Positions 20,309-30,551 of a stretch of DNA of 56,698 bases are shown piece after piece. The first letter of the stretch is position 1, and each line of letters opens with the position of its first letter. The stretch spans positions 366,628 through 423,325 of the forward strand of contig VRVR01000007.1 of NCBI GenBank assembly GCA_009859145.1, read 5' to 3'. The notes beneath the pieces were generated by a model. That model did no database searches and was not told where the DNA came from. It worked only from the letters and a program-made list of their open reading frames with translations. A program made the position numbers and the translations under genes. This DNA comes from Andalucia godoyi And28. Its lineage: Eukaryota; Protista; Jakobida.

Positions 20309-22621
20309 TTACTTGCGGGTCTGGGACATAAGGTTAAGTGCAGAGCCGGCCTTGAACCAGGCAATCTGGTCTTCGTTCATGGAGTGTTGCAGAGGGATCT
20401 CGACAGAGGAGCCGTCTGCTTTGTGGGCAACCAGGGTGATTGTGGATCCCGGCGCAAGCTTGGAGACTCCCTTGAGAGTAACCAGATCGTGTCCAGAAAC
20501 CTTGTCATAGTCTGCCGGATTGGCAAACGTCAGCGGAAGAAGACCCTGCTTCTTGAGATTGGTTTCGTGGATTCGAGCAAACGAACGCACAATCACAGCC
20601 AGTCCGCCAAGATATCTCGGTTCAAGGGCAGCGTGCTCGCGTGAAGAGCCCTCGCCATAGTTCTCGTCACCAATGACAACCCACTTGATTCCCTTGGCCT
20701 TGTACGCTCGGGCAGTACCTGGGACCGAGTCGATGGCCCCCGTAAACATGTTCTTCACCTTGTTGACGTCGTTGAGCTCTGCATTGAGACCACCGATCAA
20801 GAAGTTGTTGGAAATGTTCTCGAGGTGTCCGCGGTACTTCAGCCACGGTCCTGCCATGGAAATGTGGTCGGTGGTGCACTTACCCTTGGCCTTGATCAGC
20901 ACCGGAAGCTTCTCATACGAGTCCTTCCCGTCCCACTTCTCAAAGGGCGCCAAAAGCTGCAATCGCTGCGACTGGGGGTCTACCTTGACGGAGACATGGG
21001 ATCCGTCGGCAGGCGGCGCCTGGAAAGTGTCTTCGCCCTTGTCGAATCCACGAGTAGGCAGCTCGTCGCCGGTAGGCGCCTTCAGCCTGAATTTCTTTCC
21101 ATTTGCGCCCTCAATGGAGTCGGTCAGCGGATTGAACAACAGCGATCCTGCAAGGGAGAAGGCAGTCACGAGTTCCGGAGAGGTGACGAACGCATGTGTA
21201 GCGGGGTTGCCGTCGTTTCGGGCTGTGAAATTGCGGTTGAACGAGGTGAAGATGGAGTTTGGCGTGTCCTTCGGGACGTCGTCACGCTTCCATTGTCCAA
21301 TGCATGGTCCACAGGCATTTGCGAGAACTTTTCCTCCGGCGGATTCAAAGACTTTCACAAGGCCATCACGATCAATGGTCGCACGAATCTGTTCTGATCC
21401 CGGTGTAACCGTAAACTCCGACTTGAACTTTGCACCGTTTGCAGCTGCGTCCTTCACAAGAGCAGCCGACCGTGCCATATCCTCATACGAGGAGTTGGTG
21501 CAGGATCCAATAAGACCGACCTTGAGGTCCTGCGGCCACTTGTTGCGGATAACCGCCTCGCGGAACTTGGACAGCGGAGTTGCTGCATCCGGAGTGAACG
21601 GACCGTTGATGTGAGGCTCCAGCGTGTTCAGATCGATTTCAATGACCTGATCGTACACAGCTCCCTTGTCCGCCTCCAAAATCTTCGATGAATACTGGGC
21701 TGCAGCCTTTGCAATATCCGCACGGCCGGTTGCATTCAGATAGTCTGTCATGCGATGCGTGAACGGGAAGACAGACGTGGTAGCTCCAATTTCAGCACCC
21801 ATGTTGCAAATGGTGGCGCATCCAGTGCAGGAAAGCGATTCGACTCCCGGTCCAAAGTACTCGACAATGGCCCCAGTGCCTCCCTTGACCGTCAGGATGC
21901 CGGCGACCTTCAGAATCACGTCTTTTGCAGACGTCCACTCCTGCAGCTTTCCAGTAAGCTTGACACCGATAACCTTGGGTGCCTTCAGCTCCCACGGAAG
22001 TCCTGCCATCACATCGACGGCATCTGCTCCACCAACACCAATGGCCAGCATGGACAAGCCACCGGCGTTCGGAGTATGCGAGTCCGTACCGATCATCAAG
22101 CCTCCAGGGAATGCGTAGTTTTCAAGAACAATCTGGTGGATAATACCGGAACCAGGTCCCCAGAATCCCATTCCGTACTTTGCACCAGAAGAGGCAAGAA
22201 AGTCATACACCTCGCGGTTGATGTCCTTTGCACGGTCGAGATCCTGCTTGGCACCCTTTTCCGCCTGGATAAGGTGGTCGCAGTGGATGGTTGACGGCAC
22301 GGCAGTCTTTGGGAGTCCCGAGGAGATGAACTGCAGCACAGCCATCTGTGCAGTTGCATCTTGCATGGCCACACGGTCCGGGCGCAGCTTCAGGTACGAC
22401 TTTCCGCGGACAATCTCGGCCGTTCGAGGCTGGTCGAGATGGCCATACAGGATTTTTTCCGAGAGAGTCAGAGGCCGGTTCAGGCGAGAAGACACAATGC
22501 CAATGTTCTCTGCAATCCGCGCGTATGGGATTGAAGAGTCGCGTTCAAGAGGACTCATCGACACATTTCGACGGAGAATGCGCGAAACAGAAGATCGCGA
22601 ACTCGACAGACCTCGGAACAT
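20309..22621 (-). CDS. ACO2: Mitochondrial aconitate hydratase
   Basis: Arg/Ser-rich presequence; [64 protein letters not shown]. Confidence 0.98.
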   Translation of the reverse strand: MFRGLSSSRSSVSRILRRNVSMSPLERDSSIPYARIAENIGIVSSRLNRPLTLSEKILYGHLDQPRTAEIVRGKSYLKLRPDRVAMQDATAQMAVLQFISSGLPKTAVPSTIHCDHLIQAEKGAKQDLDRAKDINREVYDFLASSGAKYGMGFWGPGSGIIHQIVLENYAFPGGLMIGTDSHTPNAGGLSMLAIGVGGADAVDVMAGLPWELKAPKVIGVKLTGKLQEWTSAKDVILKVAGILTVKGGTGAIVEYFGPGVESLSCTGCATICNMGAEIGATTSVFPFTHRMTDYLNATGRADIAKAAAQYSSKILEADKGAVYDQVIEIDLNTLEPHINGPFTPDAATPLSKFREAVIRNKWPQDLKVGLIGSCTNSSYEDMARSAALVKDAAANGAKFKSEFTVTPGSEQIRATIDRDGLVKVFESAGGKVLANACGPCIGQWKRDDVPKDTPNSIFTSFNRNFTARNDGNPATHAFVTSPELVTAFSLAGSLLFNPLTDSIEGANGKKFRLKAPTGDELPTRGFDKGEDTFQAPPADGSHVSVKVDPQSQRLQLLAPFEKWDGKDSYEKLPVLIKAKGKCTTDHISMAGPWLKYRGHLENISNNFLIGGLNAELNDVNKVKNMFTGAIDSVPGTARAYKAKGIKWVVIGDENYGEGSSREHAALEPRYLGGLAVIVRSFARIHETNLKKQGLLPLTFANPADYDKVSGHDLVTLKGVSKLAPGSTITLVAHKADGSSVEIPLQHSMNEDQIAWFKAGSALNLMSQTRK

Positions 22622-23357
22622 TTAGGAAAGACAGAGAGACAGAAAGAGAAGAAAACGGATAATAGACACTGAATATCAGGAAACAAAGACGCAAAAAAAA
22701 ATCTAGACTGGAGAGGAAAACGAAAGCGGAAAGGAGAAAAGTTAAAATGACATTTAAAAAATAAATAAAAAAAACACGAAAAACAAGGAAAAATAGAAGA
22801 AGCATAAAGGACACAAAAAGAAAAGGAGGGTTCATTAATGGGAAAATGTGGGGAAATTGAAGTGAGCATTCGGTACTTTTGGGCAATGCGAGGAGACACG
22901 AGATCGGTCCCAAAGCCGAGTAAACGTCAAAGATGTCCGAGCCTCGCTGTGGGAGAGGGGGGGGGAGGGGTTGAGGCTGTTATTTTGTTTTTTGTTAGCT
23001 CCTTGCGCGGCCAGAGAGGATACCGCATAGCACCACGCTCTTCTGTTTTTTTCTTTCTGTCTTTTCCGTTTTTCCTCCCCTTCAAATTGTTTTCTGCACG
23101 GCCCTCGCTTTCCCCTCACCTTAACCCTAAGCCTCCAAACCCTAGCTCAGGTGAGTTGAGTTTTGCTCTCCTCAAAGGAACATCCCCGCCCAATAACTCT
23201 CTCCCGTGCTCCCCTTTCCTGTTCTGTCGCTGGACACCTCACTCCCCTCCTCAATGTTCTCTTTTTCCCGCCTGCACTGAAACAAGAACCAAAAAAAAAA
23301 AAAAAAAGCCAGCCCACAAAACCAAAACTATCCATCCACTCTGTCATTTTTGTTCTG

Positions 23358-23399
<42 letters not shown>
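23358..23399. repeat. (TCA)14 microsatellite
   Basis: Read directly in the divergent aconitase/Snf2 spacer. Confidence 0.95.
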
Positions 23400-23556
23400 A
23401 CAACATCACTGTTCATTTTATTTTTTAATTTTGGACTCTCTCCTCATCGATTTCCCCCTCCCCCCTCTCTCTTTTTTTTCTTTTTCTTTTCTGCTTTGTC
23501 ATCCTTGCACATAGACAGTGTGTGGGCGAGTGAACAAGCACGAGAATACAGACGCA

Positions 23557-26500
23557 ATGGAACTCGCTCAAAAAATGTCATCAAATGCACTGTTGTTTAA
23601 AGAGCCGATTTATCTCATTGAGGCCGACCCGCTTCTTCCGGCACATGTGAAGGAGTCGTTGTTGAGGAGCGCACAGTCGGAACAGACCAGACAGGGATCA
23701 ACTTCTGTGTCGCGGCTGCAACTGAATGCACAGATACAGTCACTCGTGTTGTTGCAGCGTAATTTGCCAATTCCTAATTCACTGACGCAGCTGTCTTCCT
23801 TGATTCCAGCGACTGCGCCGTCACTTGCAGATGATGTGACAGACAGTGCGCTATACGGACCGCAGTCGTCGTTTCCGCTGGAGTCTCACCTGTCAAACTC
23901 GTTTACCGTGAGCACGCTGCATGAGTTGACGATGAAGCGCGAGCAGCGGCTTGTGGATCGCGTGAATGCGCGTCTCCGGGAGATTGCAGGCATGCTTGCG
24001 ACGCCGTTGTCGCCGCATGTTCGCCAGATTATCGAGATTGAGAGAAGATCGCTGATGCTACTTCCGTTCCAAAGACGAGTGAGACTGGAGCTTGCGTCGT
24101 ACTCGAGAGACTATCAATTCTTTTCTGCCTCTCGACCGGATGCGAGACCGAAGAAGGCGCTCTGGGAAAGAGAACGGAAAATGTTTGATGCAGAGGTTAG
24201 AAAAGCAGAGGAGGTGGTCAATACTGTGCAGACTCACGGACATCAGGACTTTCTGCGCGAAATGATGGACGCATCGAAGAGAGTCCTTTCACTGTCCAGA
24301 CAGAGCATTGTTGCTAAAATCGCTAAAGACATTGTGGCGTGGCATGGGAAGAAAAAGGTGGAAGTAGAGAAGCAGCGAGAACAGGATCGCAGAAAGAGAT
24401 TGAAGATGTTGCGAACTGCGAACGAAGAGGACTTCAAGAAATGGGTCACCGAGACGAAGCAGGACCATTTGAAGAAGTTGATCGAATGGGCCGAGGGCCT
24501 CTATTCGGATATCGTGAAGAAGCTGAAGGGTGCTGATGGCGAGGATATTCCGACAGTTGTAGAGGGCGGAGCTCCTGGCGAGGCAACTTCATCTCAGGCG
24601 TATTTCGAGCAGATGCACAGAAAACAAGAAGTGGTCAGTGTGCAACCGGCGTGCCTGGTAGGCGGCGAACTCAAGGGATATCAAATCGCGTCGCTGCAGT
24701 GGATGGTTTCGCTGTACAACAACAACATCAACGGTATTCTTGCGGATGAAATGGGTCTCGGAAAGACGATTCAAACCATCTCACTGGTTGCGTACCTCCG
24801 AGAGAAGAAGAATGTGAACGGACCGCATTTGATCGTGGTTCCGCTTTCCACATTTGAGAATTGGATGCAGGAATTCACATTATGGCTGCCCGAAGCAAGG
24901 GTGGTGCGATACATCGGACCGAAGGATAAGCGTCGCCAGGTGCAGGACATGTTTATGAAGCCGGGTCGGTTCGACGTTTGTTTGACAACATACGAATATG
25001 TCACGAGGCGCAAAGATGCCAACTTCCTGAAGCGCACTTCTTGGGAGTATGTAATCGTGGATGAAGGACATCGAATCAAAAACAAGGACTGCAAGCTCGT
25101 GAAGTCCTTGCAAACCTTTGGGACTCGTCATCGACTGCTGTTGACGGGTACACCTTTGCAGAACAACTTGCACGAGCTGTGGGCACTGCTGAATTTTATC
25201 ATGCCAACGATCTTCCGCTCCGTCGAGTCGTTCGACGAATGGTTCAACAAGCCTTTCCAGGGTCTTGGTGAAGGAATCGCAGAGCTGAACGAAGAAGAAA
25301 CCGTGTTCACCATCCAGTGTTTGCACAAGGTGTTGCGACCGTTCTTGCTGCGCAGAGAGAAGAAGGATGTGGAATCCAAATTGCCACCAAGGACCGAGTA
25401 CACGGTGTGGTGCCCGTTGTCTGCTATGCAGGCTGCGATGTATGAGAATGTGAAGAACCGCATTGTGTTCGATGGACAAACTGGGGGCGCTCGCAAAACC
25501 CTTGCATCTTCCATGGTGCAGCTTCGAAAAGTCTGCAACCACCCCTTCCTGTTCTTTCCTGATTCTTACGACACCACCATGCCGAATTATAAGCCGCAGT
25601 TCATTGTTGGTGCTTCTGGTAAGTTCCAGATGCTTGATAACATTCTGAGAAAGCTGAAAGCCACGGGGCACAAGGTGTTGTTGTTCGCACAGTGGTCGAT
25701 GACACTGGATCTTATCGTCGACTTGCTCAATTACCGGGAATTCCATGACCAATATTTGCGTCTTGACGGATCGACTCTCGGAGAGGAACGCGCTCGCAGC
25801 ATTCGTGCGTTCAACGATCGCTCCTCCCCATACTTCTTGTTCATTATGACGACGAAAGCTGGTGGACTGGGTCTGAACCTGCAGTCTGCAGATTCGGTCA
25901 TCTTGTTTGATCTCGACTGGAATCCTCAAAATGACATGCAAGCGATCGCTCGAGCACATCGTATCGGCCAGACGCGCCCAGTCAAGGTGTACACGCTGCT
26001 CACAACCACGCAGTTTGAAGAGAAGCTCTCTCGTGCTACGGCGAGAAAGCTGCAGTCCGAGCGTCTTGTTGCAGCCGGCGGGTTCAATCGCCTGTCGCAG
26101 AACAGGAATGAGGCGGTCTTGCGTCAGGAACTGTTGTCAATCTTCAATGCGGAAGCCAAGGTGTTTACGGACCAAAACATCACCCAAGTCGAAGAGCTGA
26201 ACGAGATGATGCATCGCTCGAGCGACGAGGTTGCAAAGTTCCGCGAGCTGGACGACGAAGAGCCGATGGTGGGCCTTCTGAAGCAATCTGATGTCCCTCA
26301 ATGGTTGCTTAAGACAGAAGCACAGGTTCTGGAAGAAATGAGTGGATCGCACAACGCCGACAATTTCGGTCGCGGCCTGCGTGTACGCGATGAGCGGCAC
26401 TACAACTATGAGCTCATTACAGACAAGGAGTTTGTTGAAGCAATGGAGGGCGGAAATGCAGACATGCAGTCGCTGCTGTCCGCCAAGAAGAGAAGCATGA

Positions 26501-27144
26501 TGGAGAAAGGGAAGGAGCCCAAGGATGTGCCCAAGGTTAAGGGTCGTCGTGGCCGCCCGCCCAAGAAGCGTGTTATTGAGGAGGATGTTGAAGGGGAAGA
26601 TGCACTGGAGGCCGACTTGTTGGCCGGCGATCTGGAAGCTGCAGGAGCTGCAGACGAGACAAAGAGTCGAGCAGGATCTGAGCGGCTTTCGAGTTCCGCG
26701 GACACGGAATCTGTCGCAGCGAAACTAAAAGTCGTCTTTCTTCAGCTCATCGCCAAGACTGACAAGGGACGCCGCCTTGCAGCGTCCTTTGAGAAGGATT
26801 TGTCTGTCGTTCTGGAACGCATCGATGCCTTGGAGTACTCGTCCGCGAAGCAGTTCCAAGAGAACGTAGTAGACATTCTTCATCAAGTTGCTTCGGCATC
26901 GCCTGAGGCTAGTGTGCAGAAGGATGCTGTGTTCCTTGAGAACTATGTGGACAATGCGCTGGAGCATGAGTTTCCGGACATGGATGAGGACAAGCCAGAG
27001 TCTGAGGATTCCGACGACGATGACGAAGAAGAAGAGGACGACGACGACGATGACAGTGTGCGCGGTCCACCGCGTAAGAGAGGTCGTCCAAAGCGTGGGG
27101 GTTCTGGCGGCCGAGGCGCGAAGCGTGGTCGCAAGAAGTATTGA
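23557..27144 (+). CDS. Snf2/BRM (SMARCA2/4)-type chromatin-remodelling ATPase: QLQ, HSA, ATPase, SnAC, AT-hooks, degenerate bromodomain
   Basis: QLNAQIQSLVLLQRNLPIP (QLQ); ILADEMGLGKT; DEGH; RLDGST; TKAGGLGLNLQSAD; WNPQNDMQAIARAHRIGQ; FGRGLR (SnAC); GRRGRP and KRGRP (AT-hooks). First ATG at 23557. Confidence 0.95.
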   Translation: MELAQKMSSNALLFKEPIYLIEADPLLPAHVKESLLRSAQSEQTRQGSTSVSRLQLNAQIQSLVLLQRNLPIPNSLTQLSSLIPATAPSLADDVTDSALYGPQSSFPLESHLSNSFTVSTLHELTMKREQRLVDRVNARLREIAGMLATPLSPHVRQIIEIERRSLMLLPFQRRVRLELASYSRDYQFFSASRPDARPKKALWERERKMFDAEVRKAEEVVNTVQTHGHQDFLREMMDASKRVLSLSRQSIVAKIAKDIVAWHGKKKVEVEKQREQDRRKRLKMLRTANEEDFKKWVTETKQDHLKKLIEWAEGLYSDIVKKLKGADGEDIPTVVEGGAPGEATSSQAYFEQMHRKQEVVSVQPACLVGGELKGYQIASLQWMVSLYNNNINGILADEMGLGKTIQTISLVAYLREKKNVNGPHLIVVPLSTFENWMQEFTLWLPEARVVRYIGPKDKRRQVQDMFMKPGRFDVCLTTYEYVTRRKDANFLKRTSWEYVIVDEGHRIKNKDCKLVKSLQTFGTRHRLLLTGTPLQNNLHELWALLNFIMPTIFRSVESFDEWFNKPFQGLGEGIAELNEEETVFTIQCLHKVLRPFLLRREKKDVESKLPPRTEYTVWCPLSAMQAAMYENVKNRIVFDGQTGGARKTLASSMVQLRKVCNHPFLFFPDSYDTTMPNYKPQFIVGASGKFQMLDNILRKLKATGHKVLLFAQWSMTLDLIVDLLNYREFHDQYLRLDGSTLGEERARSIRAFNDRSSPYFLFIMTTKAGGLGLNLQSADSVILFDLDWNPQNDMQAIARAHRIGQTRPVKVYTLLTTTQFEEKLSRATARKLQSERLVAAGGFNRLSQNRNEAVLRQELLSIFNAEAKVFTDQNITQVEELNEMMHRSSDEVAKFRELDDEEPMVGLLKQSDVPQWLLKTEAQVLEEMSGSHNADNFGRGLRVRDERHYNYELITDKEFVEAMEGGNADMQSLLSAKKRSMMEKGKEPKDVPKVKGRRGRPPKKRVIEEDVEGEDALEADLLAGDLEAAGAADETKSRAGSERLSSSADTESVAAKLKVVFLQLIAKTDKGRRLAASFEKDLSVVLERIDALEYSSAKQFQENVVDILHQVASASPEASVQKDAVFLENYVDNALEHEFPDMDEDKPESEDSDDDDEEEEDDDDDDSVRGPPRKRGRPKRGGSGGRGAKRGRKKY

Positions 27145-27398
27145 GCTTGATTTTTGTGCCAGGTGGCTTTGTTGAGCGTTTCCGGTAGGTTTCACATCAA
27201 AATAGAGTAGTTCCCCCCCCCCCCCTCTTCTTTCTTTCTTTTCTTTTTTATGTATGTATTTTTGTACATGTACATGCTGCATTGACGCAGGTATTTCTCT
27301 GATCACTGCTTTTTTGAAGGGAGTCAGTATTCCACAAGGCTAGTGCGGAGATAAAGTTACGAAAAGGGGTTTCGTCGAGGGTTGCACGAAGAAACGCG

Positions 27399-28067
27399 TC
27401 AAGCCTTAACAGGGGATGCATTTCTCGCAATGGCGATAGAATGCTCCTGAAGCTCAGCAGGACTGACAAGTCTGAGAAGTCGTGGTTCCAAAAGATCGAG
27501 GAGTTGCTTCATGACGACGAGGATGTCTTCGTCGTTGTTGTCAATAAACATGTCCCACGAGAAGTTATCGTAGAAGGCCAGCGTCTCCTCAAACCAGGCA
27601 TAGGAATCCTCGTTGTACTTCAGTCTTTCCGGGTGCTTTGCAAGCCTCGATTGGATGCGACTCCACAGCAAATCCTTGTCAACTCGCACAGAGACCGTGT
27701 ACAGGTCGATTGACGCATTCATTTGCATTTCCTCGATCTGTGCACGGATGACATCCTCCAGTAAGCTACCCTTGTATCGCGCGTAAAAGACAGCGGAAAA
27801 CGGCGACCTGTCCGCAACGAGAATTCTGAACTTTTCCCCCGTTTCCTTGCACTCTTGCGAGATTTCATGGTGACGTTTGAGCAGTCTCTGGAACCAGTGT
27901 GACACCCAGAATGCCTCCATCACAAGAGACTGAGGATGGAGTGCGTACTCGGGCATCTGAAGAAACGCCTCGTCGAGAACTTCAATTCCAAACGAGTTGA
28001 ATGCTTTGCAAAGCTCTGTCTTGCCGGATCCATGACAGCCTTCCAGACACAGTACAATGGTTCGCAT
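27399..28067 (-). CDS. P-loop kinase of the deoxynucleoside/thymidylate kinase superfamily
   Basis: LEGCHGSGKT Walker A at the N-terminus, ADRSPFSAVFY motif, RIQSR lid. Likely ATG at 28067. Confidence 0.8.
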   Translation of the reverse strand: MRTIVLCLEGCHGSGKTELCKAFNSFGIEVLDEAFLQMPEYALHPQSLVMEAFWVSHWFQRLLKRHHEISQECKETGEKFRILVADRSPFSAVFYARYKGSLLEDVIRAQIEEMQMNASIDLYTVSVRVDKDLLWSRIQSRLAKHPERLKYNEDSYAWFEETLAFYDNFSWDMFIDNNDEDILVVMKQLLDLLEPRLLRLVSPAELQEHSIAIARNASPVKA

Positions 28068-28163
28068 GTTTTCTCCTGTGTGAAGACAATTCATCAACCA
28101 GTCGCAAACACAGCAATAGGACAGTTTAAATAAAAGAGAAAAAGAGTGAAACAAACAAAAAAT

Positions 28164-28203
28164 AATCAAAGAAGAATCAAAGAAGAATCAAAGAAGAATC
28201 AAA
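28164..28203. repeat. 11-bp tandem repeat (AATCAAAGAAG) x about 3.5
   Basis: Read directly. Confidence 0.85.
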
Positions 28204-28630
28204 AAAGTGAAAGACGTATAAACGTGTCGTTTTTGTTTTTGCTTGTTTGACGCGCCTGAATTCAATTGGGCGGGAACGGACCGTGAATTTCAATGTCAGT
28301 CCAGATGTCTTTCAGGACCAGCTGAAAGGAGGGAATGACTCGGATGACATTTTCCGACTTTTTCTTGCATCGATCTGCAAATCAGTCCAGCATCACTTCA
28401 TGGTCTTTTGTCGCAGTTTTTGCTTTAGGCCTTTTTGAAAGGGAAAGCGTCCATTTGCTTGGGTTTTTCATATATATATATATATATTTTCAAATTTTCT
28501 GCTCCATTTGCTCTCAATTGTTGGAGGAAAACAGAGAAGAGAAAAAGATTGCATTTGCGTCTGAGGAATCAAAGAATCGATTTCGAAGAGGAAAGAAACA
28601 AAGGAACAGAAAAAGAAAGGGGGGAAAAAA

Positions 28631-29659
28631 ATGTCTCATCTTACGCGCGGTGTGGTTGGACGTGGGGGCCGTAGCTCGGTCTCTGGAATCACCGCCACAG
28701 TGTTTGGAGCGACTGGATTTCTTGGTCGATATGTCGTGAACCGTCTTGGGAAAATGGGTTCTCGCGTAATTGTTCCTTTCCGGGGAGACGAACAGGGCTA
28801 CCGACACTTGAAGCTCATGGGGGATCTTGGCCAGATTGTACCTGTAAAGTACGATCCACTGGACCCGGCGTCGATCCGAAACGTCCTTTCGCGATCGAAC
28901 CTTGTGATTTCGCTTGTGGGTGCTTCGCGTAATGCGATTCATTCGTCGCTGAACGACGCAAACGTGCGGCTTCCGGAAGAAATTGCAATCCAGGCGAAGC
29001 AGTCTGGGAATGTGCAGCGTTTAGTGCATGTCTCTGCTCTTGGGGCGTCGTATGACGCAGAGTCGCTGTTTCTCCGACTGAAGAAGAAGGGAGAGGATGC
29101 GGTTCGTGGGTCGTTTGATGGGGCAACGGTGATCCGGCCAGCTGCAATGTATGGTGTTGAAGACGAATTTCTGAACAGCATGGCTGCAGCACCAAAGATT
29201 CTTGGAGGATTCACCCCGGTGTGGACGCAGGGACACCATCTTCTGCAGCCTGTGTGGGTTGGGGATGTTGCCCAGGGAATCATCCATGCGTCGGTCGAGG
29301 ACAGTGCAGCTGGAAAAGTGTATGAAGCAGCGGGATTGGAGGCACTCTCGCGGATCGCACTTATGAAGAGAGTCTTTAACTGGATCGGAAGACCCACCGA
29401 CAAGATCGTTCCCATTCCGGACACCGTCGTCGATGCAGCTGCCGCTCTGTTTTCAATCAAGTATCTCCCCAGACGATATGCACCTGTCACCACAGAGGAA
29501 ATCGAGTACATGAGATCAAATGTCGTTGCTTCAAAGGACGCACTCTCGCTCAGAGACCTCGGGGTCGCGCAGGCCCCCATCGAGGAAATCGCACACCAAT
29601 TCCTTGCAATGACCTACAAGCGAGGCGGCGTCTTCTTTGACCCGGAGCTCCAAAAATAA
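28631..29659 (+). CDS. NDUFA9: NADH:ubiquinone oxidoreductase 39-kDa subunit
   Basis: GRGGRSSVSGITATVFGATGFLGRYVVNRLGKMGSRVIVPFR..LKLMGDLGQ; SDR fold. Confidence 0.96.
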   Translation: MSHLTRGVVGRGGRSSVSGITATVFGATGFLGRYVVNRLGKMGSRVIVPFRGDEQGYRHLKLMGDLGQIVPVKYDPLDPASIRNVLSRSNLVISLVGASRNAIHSSLNDANVRLPEEIAIQAKQSGNVQRLVHVSALGASYDAESLFLRLKKKGEDAVRGSFDGATVIRPAAMYGVEDEFLNSMAAAPKILGGFTPVWTQGHHLLQPVWVGDVAQGIIHASVEDSAAGKVYEAAGLEALSRIALMKRVFNWIGRPTDKIVPIPDTVVDAAAALFSIKYLPRRYAPVTTEEIEYMRSNVVASKDALSLRDLGVAQAPIEEIAHQFLAMTYKRGGVFFDPELQK

Positions 29660-29920
29660 GTAGTCACCGTGTTTGCTGGTGCTGACGATCATCGAACCTA
29701 TTTGTTGTTTCATTTTGTTGTCCCCAGAAACGCGCCCCCCGAAAGAGTATTAATTAAAAGAAAAGGCAATCCCAAAATCGCAAGCGAGTCGTCAGTACAT
29801 TGCGTTTGAGAGCTTAAAAAAATATATATATAAAAAATATATATATAACAAAATGACAACGTGTCCTTCTGGAAGCGGCGAGCCGATGCGAATACAAGCG
29901 GATGTCGTATGTATAAAAAA

Positions 29921-30133
29921 TTAGGCAATCTTCGAGGAGCGAATATGATTCAGCATGCACGATTGCAGCGCTGCAAACTCGGATGAGCATTGGTGGAACT
30001 TCAGCGATTCCACATCGGAGGACACACACGCAGCATACCGCTTCGCTTCTTGGCGACACCCATGAAGCCCAGCAGCAAGCTTGGAAACATAGGTTCCTGG
30101 CCGCGCCCGGCTCAGCCCTCCTCGGTCAGCCAT
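29921..30133 (-). CDS. NDUFAF8: Twin-CX9C protein, probable complex I assembly factor NDUFAF8
   Basis: KLAAGLHGCRQEAKRYAACV...QCSSEFAALQSCM matches the NDUFAF8 pattern C.EA..Y..CV...C..EF..L..C. Confidence 0.75.
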   Translation of the reverse strand: MADRGGLSRARPGTYVSKLAAGLHGCRQEAKRYAACVSSDVESLKFHQCSSEFAALQSCMLNHIRSSKIA

Positions 30134-30551
30134 TTACACGTTTTGCTTTTCTTCTACCTTTTTCCACGTGTTTTTCTTCTTTTTCTTTTTCTTTTTCTTT
30201 CTTTTTTGTTTTTGGCGTTATTTTCACACCAAACAAAAAACCACAGCGTGGCCATCTGGCAGCAAAAAAAACCCAGCAGCTAGCTTAATCACCGACCGTA
30301 AAAAAAAACTGTGGCCCAGGAATTTGGCTGTCGTAGTCGGCAATTGGCGCATTAAGGGAAAAACTCAAGTTTGCATTTTTTCTCTTTCTCTTTCTTTTTC
30401 CTTTTCCCTTTTTCCCTCCTTTCTGGCTGCATGGTGGGACAGACACATATAAAAAGGGATTTCAGATTCGACTTGGTACGTACATAAGGGCAAAGGGACG
30501 AAAGGATATTCGATTGTGGTGAGCGGAAGAAGTCAATAAAGGGGAGAGAGT

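Noticed and set aside
20673-21614. Long antisense ORFs over aconitase, Snf2 (24880-25959), the PDE (17232-18038) and others
   Set aside because: Shadow ORFs from biased codon usage on the opposite strand of confidently identified genes; no motifs.
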